Source of the DNA: an uncultured bacterium | GTDB lineage: Bacteria > Auribacterota > Erginobacteria > Erginobacterales > Erginobacteraceae | NCBI GenBank assembly: GCA_963822585.1 | Contig: CAWGIE010000026.1 | Coordinates: 192,001 to 256,000, forward strand | Direction: 5' to 3' | DNA: 64,000 bases | Shown here: positions 30,571 through 40,667 of the stretch, piece after piece | How the letters are laid out: the number at the start of each line of letters is the position of its first letter | Numbering within the stretch: the stretch's first letter is position 1 | Notes under the pieces: model-generated | The model's database searches: none | Seen by the model: only the letters and a program-made list of their open reading frames with translations | What the model was told of the DNA's origin: nothing | Made by a program: the position numbers and the translations under genes

Positions 30571-30742
30571 CCCCGCTTCGGCATTCATGGTCAGAATTGC
30601 CGGATCGCTTTTTGCTGTTCGGCAAGCCTTGCCGCAGGCAAGGCGATACTACATTTACTACATCTGCCGCAAGTCCTGAACGAAGTGAAGGACGATCCTA
30701 CATAAATTGGCGAGCAGAGCGAGCTAATTTAGTCCCCGGGGG

Positions 30743-31657
30743 TCACTTCCCGCTTTCTTCTTTGACAGTGTGGCCGCCGAACTGCCCCCGGAGGGCCGCC
30801 AGGAGCCTGTCGGCGAAGGAATCGGGGTTCCGGGACCGGAAACGCTCCTGGAGCGCCAGGGTAATCACCGGGAGGGGAACTCCAAGTTCGATTGCCTCCT
30901 GAACAGTCCAGCGTCCCTCGCCGGAATCGGGGACAAACGCGGCGATCCCGGCCAGATCGGGATTCTCGGCCAATGCCCTCGCCGTCAGATCCAGCAGCCA
31001 GGATCTGATCACGGCGCCGCTCCGCCAGATTTCGGCGATCGTGCCCAGATCAAGCGCGAACTCCTCCTTGCGCCGCAGCAGTTCGAACCCTTCGGCGTAA
31101 GCCTCCATCAGGCCGTACTCGATGCCGTTATGAACCATCTTGACGAAATGGCCGGAGCCGGATGGCCCGACCCTCCCCCAGCCCCGATCGGGTGAGGGCG
31201 CCAGTGTCGAAAATAACGGGCGGAGCGTTTCCACGGCATCCGTGTCCCCGCCGACCGTCATGCTGTAGCCCTCGGCCACCCCCCAGATACCGCCGCTGGT
31301 CCCCACATCCACCAACTGCAATCCCTTCTTTTTCAGGGCGGCGGCGCGGCGGCGGGTGTCTTTATAGTTGGAATTCCCGCCGTCGATGACGATATCTCCG
31401 GGAGAAAGGAGCTGGCTCAATGCGGTAATGGTATCTTCCGTGGGCGTACCCGCCGGGACCATCACCCAGACGGCCCGGGGAGGTTTCAGTTTCTCCACCA
31501 CCCGGGCCAGTGTCCGGGCGTCTTCCGCCCCGGCGTTCCGGGCGATTTTGACCGTCTCCTCATTCAGATCGAAGATAATAACCCGGTGACCGCCTTTCAG
31601 CAGGCGGATGGCCATATTGGCGCCCATCTTGCCTTGTCCGATCATCGCGATATCCAT
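30743..31657 (-). CDS. gnd: 6-phosphogluconate dehydrogenase (decarboxylating, short type)
   Basis: IGQGKMG, VWVMVPAG, IDGGNS, DVGTSGG, GHFVKMVHNGIEYG, DSGEGRWT, FGGH. Confidence 0.93.
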   Translation of the reverse strand: MDIAMIGQGKMGANMAIRLLKGGHRVIIFDLNEETVKIARNAGAEDARTLARVVEKLKPPRAVWVMVPAGTPTEDTITALSQLLSPGDIVIDGGNSNYKDTRRRAAALKKKGLQLVDVGTSGGIWGVAEGYSMTVGGDTDAVETLRPLFSTLAPSPDRGWGRVGPSGSGHFVKMVHNGIEYGLMEAYAEGFELLRRKEEFALDLGTIAEIWRSGAVIRSWLLDLTARALAENPDLAGIAAFVPDSGEGRWTVQEAIELGVPLPVITLALQERFRSRNPDSFADRLLAALRGQFGGHTVKEESGK

Positions 31658-31673
31658 CCGTATTCTCCTGGTT

Positions 31674-31724
31674 TAATCCGGAATATTCATGAAAATTGAA
31701 AATTTTCATGAATTCTCCGGGTTA
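31674..31724. repeat. Palindromic element, copy 3
   Basis: Core 31685-31713 is identical to the other two copies. Confidence 0.9.
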
Positions 31725-31929
31725 TCAGCTATCGTTCAACACAGTACATATAGTAACCACAGTTATTCCGCAGCAGCAGACTGTTTTTTTATCCAACAGG
31801 CTATCTTCAGTGTCGTGCCTCAGTATAAATAAGATTGGCGTTTCAGGTAAATGAGAATAGATTAACGGCTTTCTACCGGAAAAACGCTTTTAAAACAGGT
31901 CCGGCGCTCTTTCGGATACAAAGCCCGGG

Positions 31930-32068
31930 GACGCCAACGGCGTCCCACATCATAGCCCAGGGTGCAACCCTGGGAATCGGAAACCAATCACCTACACCCC
32001 CCCACACCCCAATGGGGTGCTATTTCCGTCTCCCCCCGGATTATGATGTAGTACCCCGTTGGGGTGGA
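31930..32068. repeat. Cluster of REP-like GC hairpins
   Basis: GACGCCAACGGCGTC, CCCAGGGTGCAACCCTGGG, CACCCCAATGGGGTG and ACCCCGTTGGGGT in an ORF-poor gap. Confidence 0.5.
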
Positions 32069-32350
32069 ATAACGAAACGTAAACCAGAGTCTCATTAGAA
32101 GTGAAACGCCATTCTTATTAATAGTGAGACGCATCATTCAGGGGAGCTAAATAAATGATTTGCTAATAGGTTTCAGCAGCCACGCTCTAAAAGACTTCGG
32201 GCTAGCATCTCGGTTTTAGTTCAGACGTCTTATAGGATATCAACTTTCCCCGGGTAAAAATACTGTTAAAATGTATTTAATCCGACCGATCCCGGCGCCG
32301 GATATCGATCTGGTCCGCTGCCGGGGAGAGCAATATCTTCCGGAGGAGCC

Positions 32351-32400
32351 TTGACAGTATCGCTCTTTGTGGTAATATATAGACGAAATCCGATATAGTG
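32351..32400 (+). promoter_or_regulatory. sigma70-type promoter and probable ArsR operator
   Basis: TTGACA (32351) with extended -10 TGgTAATAT, overlapped by the imperfect palindrome ATATAGACGAAATCCGATATAG just before arsR. Confidence 0.55.
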
Positions 32401-32407
32401 TGATCCC

Positions 32408-32752
32408 ATGAGACGAATGGAAAAAATCTTCAAGGCAATCTCCGACCGGAACCGCATCCGGATATTGAAGATGCTCGAGGTAAAACCGATGTGCGTCTGC
32501 GAAGTAACCCGCATCCTGGGGATCGCCCAGTCGAGCGTCTCACGCCACCTGGGAATCTTAAGAGATACTGGCTTTATCGCCGATGAGAAAGACGGTTTGT
32601 GGGTCACTTACTCACTTCAGACAAGTACGGATGACATCATCGCGACGGTAATGACAGGTCTGCGAAGATGGGGGAATGAAGACTCGCAGATAGCCGGGGA
32701 TCGGGAGAAAGCCCGGGTGATCAACCGGGAAGAGATCTGTTCGGTAATGTAG
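32408..32752 (+). CDS. arsR: ArsR/SmtB family repressor
   Basis: FKAISDRNRIRIL..MCVCEV..AQSSVSRHL..L. Heads the acr3 cluster. Confidence 0.9.
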   Translation: MRRMEKIFKAISDRNRIRILKMLEVKPMCVCEVTRILGIAQSSVSRHLGILRDTGFIADEKDGLWVTYSLQTSTDDIIATVMTGLRRWGNEDSQIAGDREKARVINREEICSVM

Positions 32753-32822
32753 GCATGGATTCATTTTCTTTTTCCCGGATATATCGCTATATGAAGATAT
32801 GAAGATGTATATAGGAGATTCC

Positions 32823-33998
32823 GTGAAGCAGTGGCTGACCTTCTTACTGATCCTGGCCGTGTTTCTGCTGGCGTACTTCCTCCCTTTCGGCAACCTGCCT
32901 TTCGGAGGGCCGATCAAGGAAGCATTGCTCATGCTTCAGGAGTATGCCCGGCAGCACGTGCTGCTCTGCCTGGTTCCCGCCTTCTTCATTGCCGGAGGGA
33001 TATCGGTCTTTGTTAATCAGCAGGCGGTAATCAAGTACTTCGGGGCCAAGGCGAATAAGGTCCTCGCCTACGGGGTGGCCTCGATTTCCGGGACGATCCT
33101 CGCCGTCTGTTCATGCACGGTCCTGCCCATCTTCTCGGGCATCTACAAGCGCGGGGCAGGGATCGGTCCGGCCACAGCGTTTCTCTACTCCGGCCCGGCC
33201 ATCAACGTCCTGGCCATCATCCTCACCGCCCGCGTTCTCGGGATGGAGCTCGGCGTCGCCAGGGCGGTTGGAGCTATCGTCTTCAGCGTTGTCATCGGTC
33301 TGATGATGCACTTCATCTTCCTCAAGGAGGAACGTGAAAAAGCGGACAACGCGGCGGAGATCGCCTCCGCTGGAGAGGAGGAAGAGCGGCCGCTCTGGAA
33401 GAGCGCCCTCTATTTCGCCGCCATGGTGGGGATTCTGATCTTCGCCAACTGGAGCGGGGCGGCGAAAGGAGAGGGGGGTGTCTGGGATTTCATATTCAAG
33501 ATCAAGTGGGTGCTGACCGGCCTCTTTTTGGCCTGGTTGATCTGGATGTTGATCGCATGGTTCAAGAAGGACGAGCTGGAGGCATGGACCTCGTCCACCT
33601 GGACCTTCGCCAAGCAGATATTGCCTCTCCTCTTTATCGGAGTTTTGGTGGCGGGAGCGCTTCTGGGGCGACCCGGCCACGAAGGGCTGATCCCCTCGCG
33701 GTGGGTGGCGGGTTTGGTCGGCGGGAATTCTCTCTTCGCCAACTTTTTCGCTTCATTTGCCGGGGCGTTGATGTACTTCGCCACCCTGACCGAGGTTCCC
33801 ATCCTCCAGGGGCTGATCGGGGCGGGGATGGGAAAGGGGCCCGCCCTGGCGCTTCTGCTGGCCGGTCCGGCGTTAAGCCTGCCCAACATGCTGGTCATCC
33901 GGAGCGTGATGGGGACAAAGAAGACGCTGGTCTTCGTCACCCTGGTCGTGGTCATGGCCACCGGAACGGGATACTTCTTCGGCACGTTCTGGGGGTAA
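32823..33998 (+). CDS. ArsP/DUF318-type permease
   Basis: LAVCSCTVLP, FLYSGPAINV, MYFATLTEVPI, GPALSLP. GTG start after AGGAG (an in-frame ATG lies at 32799). Confidence 0.85.
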   Translation: MKQWLTFLLILAVFLLAYFLPFGNLPFGGPIKEALLMLQEYARQHVLLCLVPAFFIAGGISVFVNQQAVIKYFGAKANKVLAYGVASISGTILAVCSCTVLPIFSGIYKRGAGIGPATAFLYSGPAINVLAIILTARVLGMELGVARAVGAIVFSVVIGLMMHFIFLKEEREKADNAAEIASAGEEEERPLWKSALYFAAMVGILIFANWSGAAKGEGGVWDFIFKIKWVLTGLFLAWLIWMLIAWFKKDELEAWTSSTWTFAKQILPLLFIGVLVAGALLGRPGHEGLIPSRWVAGLVGGNSLFANFFASFAGALMYFATLTEVPILQGLIGAGMGKGPALALLLAGPALSLPNMLVIRSVMGTKKTLVFVTLVVVMATGTGYFFGTFWG

Positions 33999-34143
33999 GA
34001 TAAAAAATCTCATGATATTCGACCGAAAACGCAGAGAAAATCTGGAGGAAATATTTTATTAAATCCTTCTGTCCCTTAAGTCCCTTCCACACTCGTGATG
34101 TGAATAAATTGCGCCGAAGGCGCTCATGTAAAAGGAGCCGTTG

Positions 34144-34374
34144 ATGAAGATCGAGATTCTGGGAACCGGATGCCCGAAGTGTCATAAAACCAAAGAAAAC
34201 GTGGAGGCCGCCCTTTCCGAACTGGGGAAAGAAGCGGAAATTGTCGAGGTTAAGGAACTCAATGCCATCGCCGACTATGGAGTAATGCTCACGCCAGCGG
34301 TGGTTGTTGATGGTGATGTGAAGATCGTCGGTAAGGTTCCCTCGGTGGAGGATATCAAGTCATTCATCGGATGA
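34144..34374 (+). CDS. Small redox-active disulfide protein (thioredoxin-like)
   Basis: IEILGTGCPKC, YGVMLTPAVVVDG, GKVPS. Confidence 0.9.
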   Translation: MKIEILGTGCPKCHKTKENVEAALSELGKEAEIVEVKELNAIADYGVMLTPAVVVDGDVKIVGKVPSVEDIKSFIG

Positions 34375-34431
34375 GAGGGCAAACGACAGGGAAAAAGACA
34401 ATAGGAGATGAGGTCCAGCCGGGGTGCATAT

Positions 34432-34872
34432 ATGGGTAAAACCGCCAAGATCATCATACTGATTGCATTAGTTGTTGCCGTGGGGATCGTGTTTGTTCTG
34501 AAGGAAAAGGATCGGGATTCAGAGCTTGGCTTGACGGTCGCGGACCGCCCGGCCGGAGAAAAAGCGGCCCCCGCCATACCAGGAGCGTTGCCACGGCTCG
34601 TCGATGTCGGGGCGGATAAATGTATCCCCTGCAAAATGATGGCTCCCATTCTGGAAGAGTTGCGGAAGGAATATGCGGGGATTTTCCAGGTTGAATTCAT
34701 TGATGTCTGGAAGAACCCGGCGGACGGGAAAAAGTTCGGCGTTCGGATCATTCCCACGCAAATATTTTTCGATGCGGCCGGGAAAGAACTGTTCCGGCAC
34801 CAGGGCTTCTTTTCCAAAGAAGACATCCTGGCCAAATGGAAGGAACTTGGAATAAAACCGGAAAAAATATGA
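34432..34872 (+). CDS. Membrane-anchored thioredoxin family protein
   Basis: N-terminal TM, CIPC active site, IPTQIF, RHQGF. Confidence 0.88.
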   Translation: MGKTAKIIILIALVVAVGIVFVLKEKDRDSELGLTVADRPAGEKAAPAIPGALPRLVDVGADKCIPCKMMAPILEELRKEYAGIFQVEFIDVWKNPADGKKFGVRIIPTQIFFDAAGKELFRHQGFFSKEDILAKWKELGIKPEKI

Positions 34873-34907
34873 TCAGATAATTTAATTCGCTTCGCTCATA
34901 CCTTTTT

Positions 34908-34932
34908 CCACTAAGACACCAAGACACAAAGA
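34908..34932. repeat. Family B tandem array (single arm)
   Basis: CCACTAAGACACCAAGACACAAAGA. Confidence 0.6.
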
Positions 34933-34975
34933 AAATTCCCAAGCAGTTAACAAAACAAAAGAGGGATGGAGTACT

Positions 34976-35674
34976 ATGCGGGAGCTTTTCACGCAGCTCA
35001 CCCATGCGGTCGAGGGGACGCCGCTGATCGCCCTGGGAGCCTCGTTTCTGTGGGGGATCCTCAGCATCATCCTCAGCCCCTGCCACCTGGCAAGTATCCC
35101 CCTGATCGTCGGGTTCATCGATGAACAGGGACGGATCTCCACCCGCCGGGCGTTTCATCTCTCGTTGCTCTTCGCGGTCGGCATTCTGATCACCATCGGG
35201 GTTATCGGAGCGATCACCGCCGCCGCGGGGAAGATGATGGGGGATATGGGCAGGTACGGGAACTACTTCGTGGCACTTATCTTCTTCGTGGTCGGCCTCC
35301 ATCTTTTAGATGTCATCTCGATGCCCTGGTCGGGTCCCGGACGAGTGGGGATGAAAAGGAAAGGAGCTCTTGCCGCCTTCATCCTTGGATTGGTCTTCGG
35401 GGTCGCCCTCGGGCCATGTACATTCGCTTACCTGGCCCCCCTGCTGGCCGTGACGTTCAAGCAGGCTTCTTCAAACCTGCTCTACGGTCTGTCTCTTCTC
35501 CTCCTCTACGGTCTCGGAAGCTGCTCGGTGATCGTCGCCGCCGGCACGTTCACCGAGGTGGTGCAACACTACCTGAACTGGGCGGACCGGTCACGTGGTG
35601 CGATTGTTTTGAAAAAAATATGCGGTATCCTGGTCATTCTCGGGGGCCTGTATATGATTTATAGTGCGGGGTGA
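34976..35674 (+). CDS. CcdA/DsbD-type transmembrane electron transfer protein
   Basis: LSPCHLASIP and LGPCTF cysteine motifs, six TM segments. Confidence 0.88.
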   Translation: MRELFTQLTHAVEGTPLIALGASFLWGILSIILSPCHLASIPLIVGFIDEQGRISTRRAFHLSLLFAVGILITIGVIGAITAAAGKMMGDMGRYGNYFVALIFFVVGLHLLDVISMPWSGPGRVGMKRKGALAAFILGLVFGVALGPCTFAYLAPLLAVTFKQASSNLLYGLSLLLLYGLGSCSVIVAAGTFTEVVQHYLNWADRSRGAIVLKKICGILVILGGLYMIYSAG

Positions 35675-35827
35675 TGCGACTCCGGTTGATGGCTGAGGCC
35701 ATTCCTGTCGCGTTTCGTTTTAAATGAGGAATCAAAAGACATCAGAAAATCCCCCCCAGCACTCCAAAGAAGTGCTACATCATTACTACAAAATTGTCTC
35801 GGGGAAAAATTTTAAGGAGGCGAAAAT

Positions 35828-36148
35828 ATGAGACTCTTATCTGAATATTTTCCGGAGTTCGCCGGCAAGTTCGACGAGATCGACGAACTCTACCGGGAGA
35901 AGCGGAGCATCGACGAGAAGACCTATCAGTTCATCTGCCTGGCGCTCTCGATCAAGAACCGTTCCGCCCCCTGCGTGAAAAAACATTTCAAGGGAGCACT
36001 GGAAGCCGGGGCCACCCTGAAAGAGATCGCCTACATCATGGCCCTCACCTTCCGGGAGAGCGCCGGGTCGGACGACTGCTGGGTTCACGATGTCCTGGGC
36101 GACTACAAGAAATTGATCCGGGAAAACATCCAGTGCTGTCCGAAATGA
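35828..36148 (+). CDS. Carboxymuconolactone decarboxylase (AhpD-like) family protein
   Basis: IDEKTYQFICLALS...CVKKHFKGALEAGATLKEI. Confidence 0.8.
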   Translation: MRLLSEYFPEFAGKFDEIDELYREKRSIDEKTYQFICLALSIKNRSAPCVKKHFKGALEAGATLKEIAYIMALTFRESAGSDDCWVHDVLGDYKKLIRENIQCCPK

Positions 36149-36252
36149 CCTTCCCCGGGAACGCTGAAAACGCATTTGCTCCCGGCAATTGGCGGGAAAT
36201 GAGATAAGAATACTCTGCCGGCGGAGAGAAAATCCTGTTATCCTCGGCAACG

Positions 36253-37473
36253 ATGAAATCCTCCGGAAAAAAGATATCCCGGGGCCTGGGCTTCTTCGAA
36301 AAGTATCTCACTCTCTGGGTCATCCTCTGCATCGGGGCCGGAATTCTTCTCGGCAAGGCCGCTCCCGGCGTGGCCCGATGGCTGGACGGCCTGGCTATCG
36401 GCGTCAAGGGAGCGCCGGTGGTCTCCATCCCGATCGCCCTCTGTCTTTTTTTCATGATGTACCCGATCATGGTCAAGATCGACTTCGGCGGGGTCATCCG
36501 GGCGGGGAAGAGCGGGAAACCGGTTTGGCTGACTCTTTTCGCCAACTGGTGCGTCAAGCCTTTCACCATGTACGCCATCGCCTTCCTTTTTCTGGGCGTA
36601 CTCTTCCGGGGCTTCATCGGCGCCGAGGCCGTCGACCTGGTCAAGATGCCCTTTGGCCTCGATCTTCCGGTCGGAGCTACCCACGGGACGGGGACGGTCG
36701 TGCTGGTGGACGGGGTCAGGATGCTGGAAATCCCGCTCTGGCGAAGCTACCTCGCCGGCTGCATCCTCCTCGGGATCGCCCCCTGCACCGCCATGGTCCT
36801 GGTCTGGGGGTATCTGGCCCGGGGCAACGACTCCCTGACACTGGTCATGGTGGCGATCAACTCCCTGACCATGCTGGCGCTCTATGGGGTCCTGGGCGGG
36901 TTTCTTCTCGGGGTGGGACGGCTCCCCGTTCCCTGGCAAGCCCTGGCGCTTTCGATCGCGATCTATGTGGCGCTGCCCCTGGCGGCGGGCTGGCTGACTC
37001 GAAGCCGGATAATCAAATCCCGGGGAGAAACGTGGTTCAAGGAAAAGTTCCTCCACCTGCTCACTCCGGTCACCGTCACGGCTCTTCTGATCACTCTGGT
37101 GTTGCTATTCTCCTTTAAAGGCGAGGTCATCCTCTCGCGGCCCCTGACCATTCTCTGGATCGCCGTTCCGCTCTTTATCCAGACCAACCTGATTTTCTGG
37201 ATTACCTACGGACTGGCGAAGGTCATCCGCCTCCCTTACCGGGACGCCGCCCCGGCGGCCATGATCGGTGCTTCCAACCACTTTGAAGTCGCCATCGCCA
37301 CCGCCACACTCCTCTTCGGCCTCTCCTCCGGGGCGGCCCTGGCCACAGTGGTGGGGGTGTTAATCGAAGTCCCGGTGATGCTGGGGCTGGTGGCGATCTG
37401 CCGGAGAACAACCGGCTGGTTTTCACCCCAACCGACCGGGGAAGCGGATTATGGGATAAATCATAAGAACTAA
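36253..37473 (+). CDS. acr3: ACR3 family arsenite efflux transporter
   Basis: [50 protein letters not shown]. Confidence 0.95.
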   Translation: MKSSGKKISRGLGFFEKYLTLWVILCIGAGILLGKAAPGVARWLDGLAIGVKGAPVVSIPIALCLFFMMYPIMVKIDFGGVIRAGKSGKPVWLTLFANWCVKPFTMYAIAFLFLGVLFRGFIGAEAVDLVKMPFGLDLPVGATHGTGTVVLVDGVRMLEIPLWRSYLAGCILLGIAPCTAMVLVWGYLARGNDSLTLVMVAINSLTMLALYGVLGGFLLGVGRLPVPWQALALSIAIYVALPLAAGWLTRSRIIKSRGETWFKEKFLHLLTPVTVTALLITLVLLFSFKGEVILSRPLTILWIAVPLFIQTNLIFWITYGLAKVIRLPYRDAAPAAMIGASNHFEVAIATATLLFGLSSGAALATVVGVLIEVPVMLGLVAICRRTTGWFSPQPTGEADYGINHKN

Positions 37474-37506
37474 GCCGTCGCTCTGGCCGGGCGACCGGCG
37501 TAAGAT

Positions 37507-38073
37507 ATGCTGATAGAAAAAATCGCCATTGACCATATTCTCCCCTGTCTGGCCGACCGGGAGAAGATCAGGTTCATCGCCTACCTCGATCAGGACATCT
37601 CCGGAGAGTTTCCTTACCTCAACACCGTCCTGCAGGGGGCGATCTATAACCATGAGGGGAGAACCCTGACTATCAAGAAAGAGGGCAGGTTGATCAGCCT
37701 TCATCCCCGCAAGATAGCGGCCGGGAAGGTACACAACGAGAAGGACGCCCGGGAGGTCGTCGAATGGCTTCAGGGGCTGATCAATCACTGCCACGCCAAC
37801 CGGGAAACAATCGAACCGAATTTCGAGCGCAGGCAGAAGTTGACCGCTCTCGATGTGTATAAGCTTCTGCCGGGAACCAATTGCCAAAAGTGCGGCGACG
37901 CAACCTGCCTTGTCTTCGCGGTCAAGCTCGCCCAGGAGCAAACCGGGGTGATGAACTGCCACCCTCTCTTTTCCGGGGATTACGGCGAGAAGAGGAGCGA
38001 GTTGTTTCGTCTCCTGAAAGCTTCCGGATACGCGATTCCAGGAGCGTTCGCGGAGGAAGAGGGAAAAAACTAA
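37507..38073 (+). CDS. Putative Fe-S cluster-binding protein
   Basis: LPGTNCQKCGDATCLVFA...C motif. Lies at the end of the ars cluster. Confidence 0.8.
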   Translation: MLIEKIAIDHILPCLADREKIRFIAYLDQDISGEFPYLNTVLQGAIYNHEGRTLTIKKEGRLISLHPRKIAAGKVHNEKDAREVVEWLQGLINHCHANRETIEPNFERRQKLTALDVYKLLPGTNCQKCGDATCLVFAVKLAQEQTGVMNCHPLFSGDYGEKRSELFRLLKASGYAIPGAFAEEEGKN

Positions 38074-38285
38074 AAAAATGCGAAGAAGTAAATTCCAAAA
38101 CATCGACTTTTTTTACAGCGGGAGAGGAATTGGCGGCCATATTCCGAGGATATATTACTTCATTCCGCGACTTCATCGAAAGAATTACGTATTGCTCCCG
38201 GAATGAGGATACTGATATAAAAAGTCCGGTTGCATTTTCGTCGTGAAGAGATGTCGCAGAGAAGACCGGGGGTAAAAAAAATAAA

Positions 38286-39332
38286 ATGAATCTTAAACTG
38301 GGTTATATCGGGGAACAGTTAGCAGCATATCCGCCCCGACCATATTTTACTGCAGAGCGGCTGAAGATATTCAAGGAGATCGATCGTATCCTGCTTGACG
38401 GCGCACTGACTTCCAAAGGGGGTGAGTTCGACATCGGGGATGAGAACCGGCACGTGAAGGATAATCCGATCCGTGATTTGTACGTTAATCAGATGTTCAA
38501 GGCTATTAAGGAGATCGAAACCTGCACGGTGAAAACGGGCATCGTCATTTGGCAGCTCTATAACATGGGGTATATCGTAAAAACTCCGACCGCGACTTTG
38601 GGTTTTGACGTGGTCCGGGGGCTCCAGAAGTACAACTGGGGATGGGAAATTCCTGATGCGATACCCCGGGAACTGGTTCGTTGCATGGATGTGCTCTTTG
38701 TCACCCACTACGTCGATCATTATCACAAGCATTCCACCACCTGGTGGCATACCGATCACTGCGATCGAAAAATCATTTCCCTGATGCAGGAAGCGGGCAA
38801 GGACGTGCTCCTCCCGAGCGGGAACGAGGACTATTTTAAAAACCAGGAAAATATTGTTTTCGTGGGCGATAACCATCACATTGAACTTCCCGGTATGAGA
38901 ATAAGCGCCTTTATCGGCCCTCATGTCTATCAGGACAACTCTGCAGAAACGCCTTTGCGGGTATACAAGGTGGTGACCGGGGAAGGGAAGAAGATATTTT
39001 TTACCGGGGACTTTGATTACATCACCAAGTCCGCCGTCCCGGATCAAACCGACCTGGACGTGTTATTTCTCCGCTGCGGGGGGGTAAGCCCCTTGTATGA
39101 CGACCAGAATCCCTATGATCTGGGTGACGATGAGGATGCGTTTTTTTTAGGCACGCAGAAATTTCATGCGAAATTCGTGGTCGCCGGGCATCTGGGAGAA
39201 CTGTCGCATCCTCCGGGCGGAGGAAGGGAAAGTTACGTAACCGCGTATAAAATCTTCACTGAGTTCGCGGACAAAGCACGGATAAACCAATTGATCATGT
39301 TCTGGGGGGAGAAATACCATTGTGAAGGATGA
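38286..39332 (+). CDS. MBL-fold metallo-hydrolase
   Basis: WQLYNMGYIVKT, VTH...HTDH, FTGD, HLGELSH. Confidence 0.7.
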   Translation: MNLKLGYIGEQLAAYPPRPYFTAERLKIFKEIDRILLDGALTSKGGEFDIGDENRHVKDNPIRDLYVNQMFKAIKEIETCTVKTGIVIWQLYNMGYIVKTPTATLGFDVVRGLQKYNWGWEIPDAIPRELVRCMDVLFVTHYVDHYHKHSTTWWHTDHCDRKIISLMQEAGKDVLLPSGNEDYFKNQENIVFVGDNHHIELPGMRISAFIGPHVYQDNSAETPLRVYKVVTGEGKKIFFTGDFDYITKSAVPDQTDLDVLFLRCGGVSPLYDDQNPYDLGDDEDAFFLGTQKFHAKFVVAGHLGELSHPPGGGRESYVTAYKIFTEFADKARINQLIMFWGEKYHCEG

Positions 39333-39395
39333 AGGAATGTCGGGCGGAATTGCCGGCTGCTTCGCTCCGGAATGGGTGGCTACTTTGCTCCCCCA

Positions 39396-39719
39396 TCAGT
39401 CAAGTCCAAGTTGGACCCGAATGGCCCGTTCAACGGCGGCCACTTCGGCCTGAGAAAGGCACCCAAACCGCTCGATCAGCCGCAACTTGCTGACGGTAGT
39501 CAGTTGGTCTGCCATCGCCTTCTGTTGCCGGCCCCCTACCGATACGTAAGATTCACTGGGATAGAGCCGGTCGACTTTTGTCGTCAATGGAACCACCTGG
39601 ACCCGATTCAGGAACCTGTTGGCTGCGTCGTTGCTGACAATGACCGCAGGTCTTTTCTTTCGGATCTCGCCTCCGATGGATGGATCGAAGTTCACCCACC
39701 AGACTTCACCTCGGTTCAT
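39396..39719 (-). CDS. PemK/MazF family endoribonuclease toxin
   Basis: [46 protein letters not shown]. Confidence 0.92.
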   Translation of the reverse strand: MNRGEVWWVNFDPSIGGEIRKKRPAVIVSNDAANRFLNRVQVVPLTTKVDRLYPSESYVSVGGRQQKAMADQLTTVSKLRLIERFGCLSQAEVAAVERAIRVQLGLD

Positions 39720-39936
39720 CACTGATCTCCCCCGCCAAATTTTCCGCCCACTCCATTGCCCCGGCCTCGCGGACTTCATCGGCCGCCATCGCACGGTAGC
39801 TCTCCGCCAGGTCTGTCGAAATGACGTGTGGGCGCACCAGTTCCTCGATGAAGCGGCTGATGCGGCGACGGCCGACGGTCTTGTACAGGCCGTCGTAAAC
39901 GACTTTGTCAACGGTTATGGTCAGTTTCTTCTGCAT
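39706..39936 (-). CDS. Cognate antitoxin (ribbon-helix-helix-like)
   Basis: 76-aa ORF overlapping the toxin start: KKLTITVD..., [17 protein letters not shown]. Confidence 0.8.
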   Translation of the reverse strand: MQKKLTITVDKVVYDGLYKTVGRRRISRFIEELVRPHVISTDLAESYRAMAADEVREAGAMEWAENLAGEISDEPR

Positions 39937-40187
39937 GTCTTTGCCTCCTGCACGTGTTCTACACGTATAACATGCCGTAGAAGTTGGTCTTTGTCAACCC
40001 CCATCCCGTGTCGATAAGGGAACGATTGCTTATACCGAAGTTCTTTTTTATGTTTCAGAAAAAAGTTACCGCCTCTTCCTCCTCCGGACAACCTTCTTTT
40101 TCTTCAGCAGATCTCATCAAGAAATTCTGCCAGTAACCGGAGGGCGGAAAGGCCGGGCAAACGGTCAGGCCGGCGGGAGATCGTGGC

Positions 40188-40415
40188 CTATACGTGATCC
40201 TGGGAACCGGTTTTCAGATAACATTCGAATATGTTGGCCTTGTGCTCATCTTCGAAGTGGATGGAGGCGACCAGCTTCCAGGGGCGATATTTATTGGTGT
40301 GGATGGATTTGCCGACATTATGCTTCGCCAGACGGCGGAGGGGCTCAGATGATTTCCCCGTATATATCCGGTCGGGGCAGGGGATGCTGCGGAGGATGTA
40401 GACGTATTTACTCAT
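40188..40415 (-). CDS. GIY-YIG nuclease family protein (C-terminus possibly altered)
   Basis: YVYILRS...IYTG..RRLAKHN.G..HT.KYRPWKLV....A..FE.YLK. Confidence 0.8.
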   Translation of the reverse strand: MSKYVYILRSIPCPDRIYTGKSSEPLRRLAKHNVGKSIHTNKYRPWKLVASIHFEDEHKANIFECYLKTGSQDHV

Positions 40416-40546
40416 GATAAGATTTTCTAAAACAGTCCGCCTTCGCTCGGAGGCTGATACCGTCAGTAAAAATCCGCTTCAGTTTAAAGCCCCTGAACCG
40501 TCAGTTCATGTTTGCCGCTTGCCTTCTTCGCGCGTTTCATCAATAA

Positions 40547-40640
40547 TGACAGCCGTAAACTCATTCTTCACCCCGTAAACGAGGTGATCGCCGGGAAAGC
40601 CCGAAAAGCGAACTCTTCTCAATGAGTTTCCTGGCGGTCA
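40547..40640 (+). other. Candidate structured 5' leader RNA
   Basis: Nested pairings TGACAGCC/GGCGGTCA and AAACTCATT/AATGAGTTT enclose two hairpins. No known riboswitch consensus recognised. Confidence 0.35.
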
Positions 40641-40667
40641 CCACTGAGAGTTGCAGCGAGGTGTGTC

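Noticed and set aside
34144..36148. Possible selenocysteine read-through at TGA stops in the redox cluster
   Set aside because: CxxC motifs use ordinary Cys codons, the TGA codons fall at expected protein ends, and no conserved continuation was seen.
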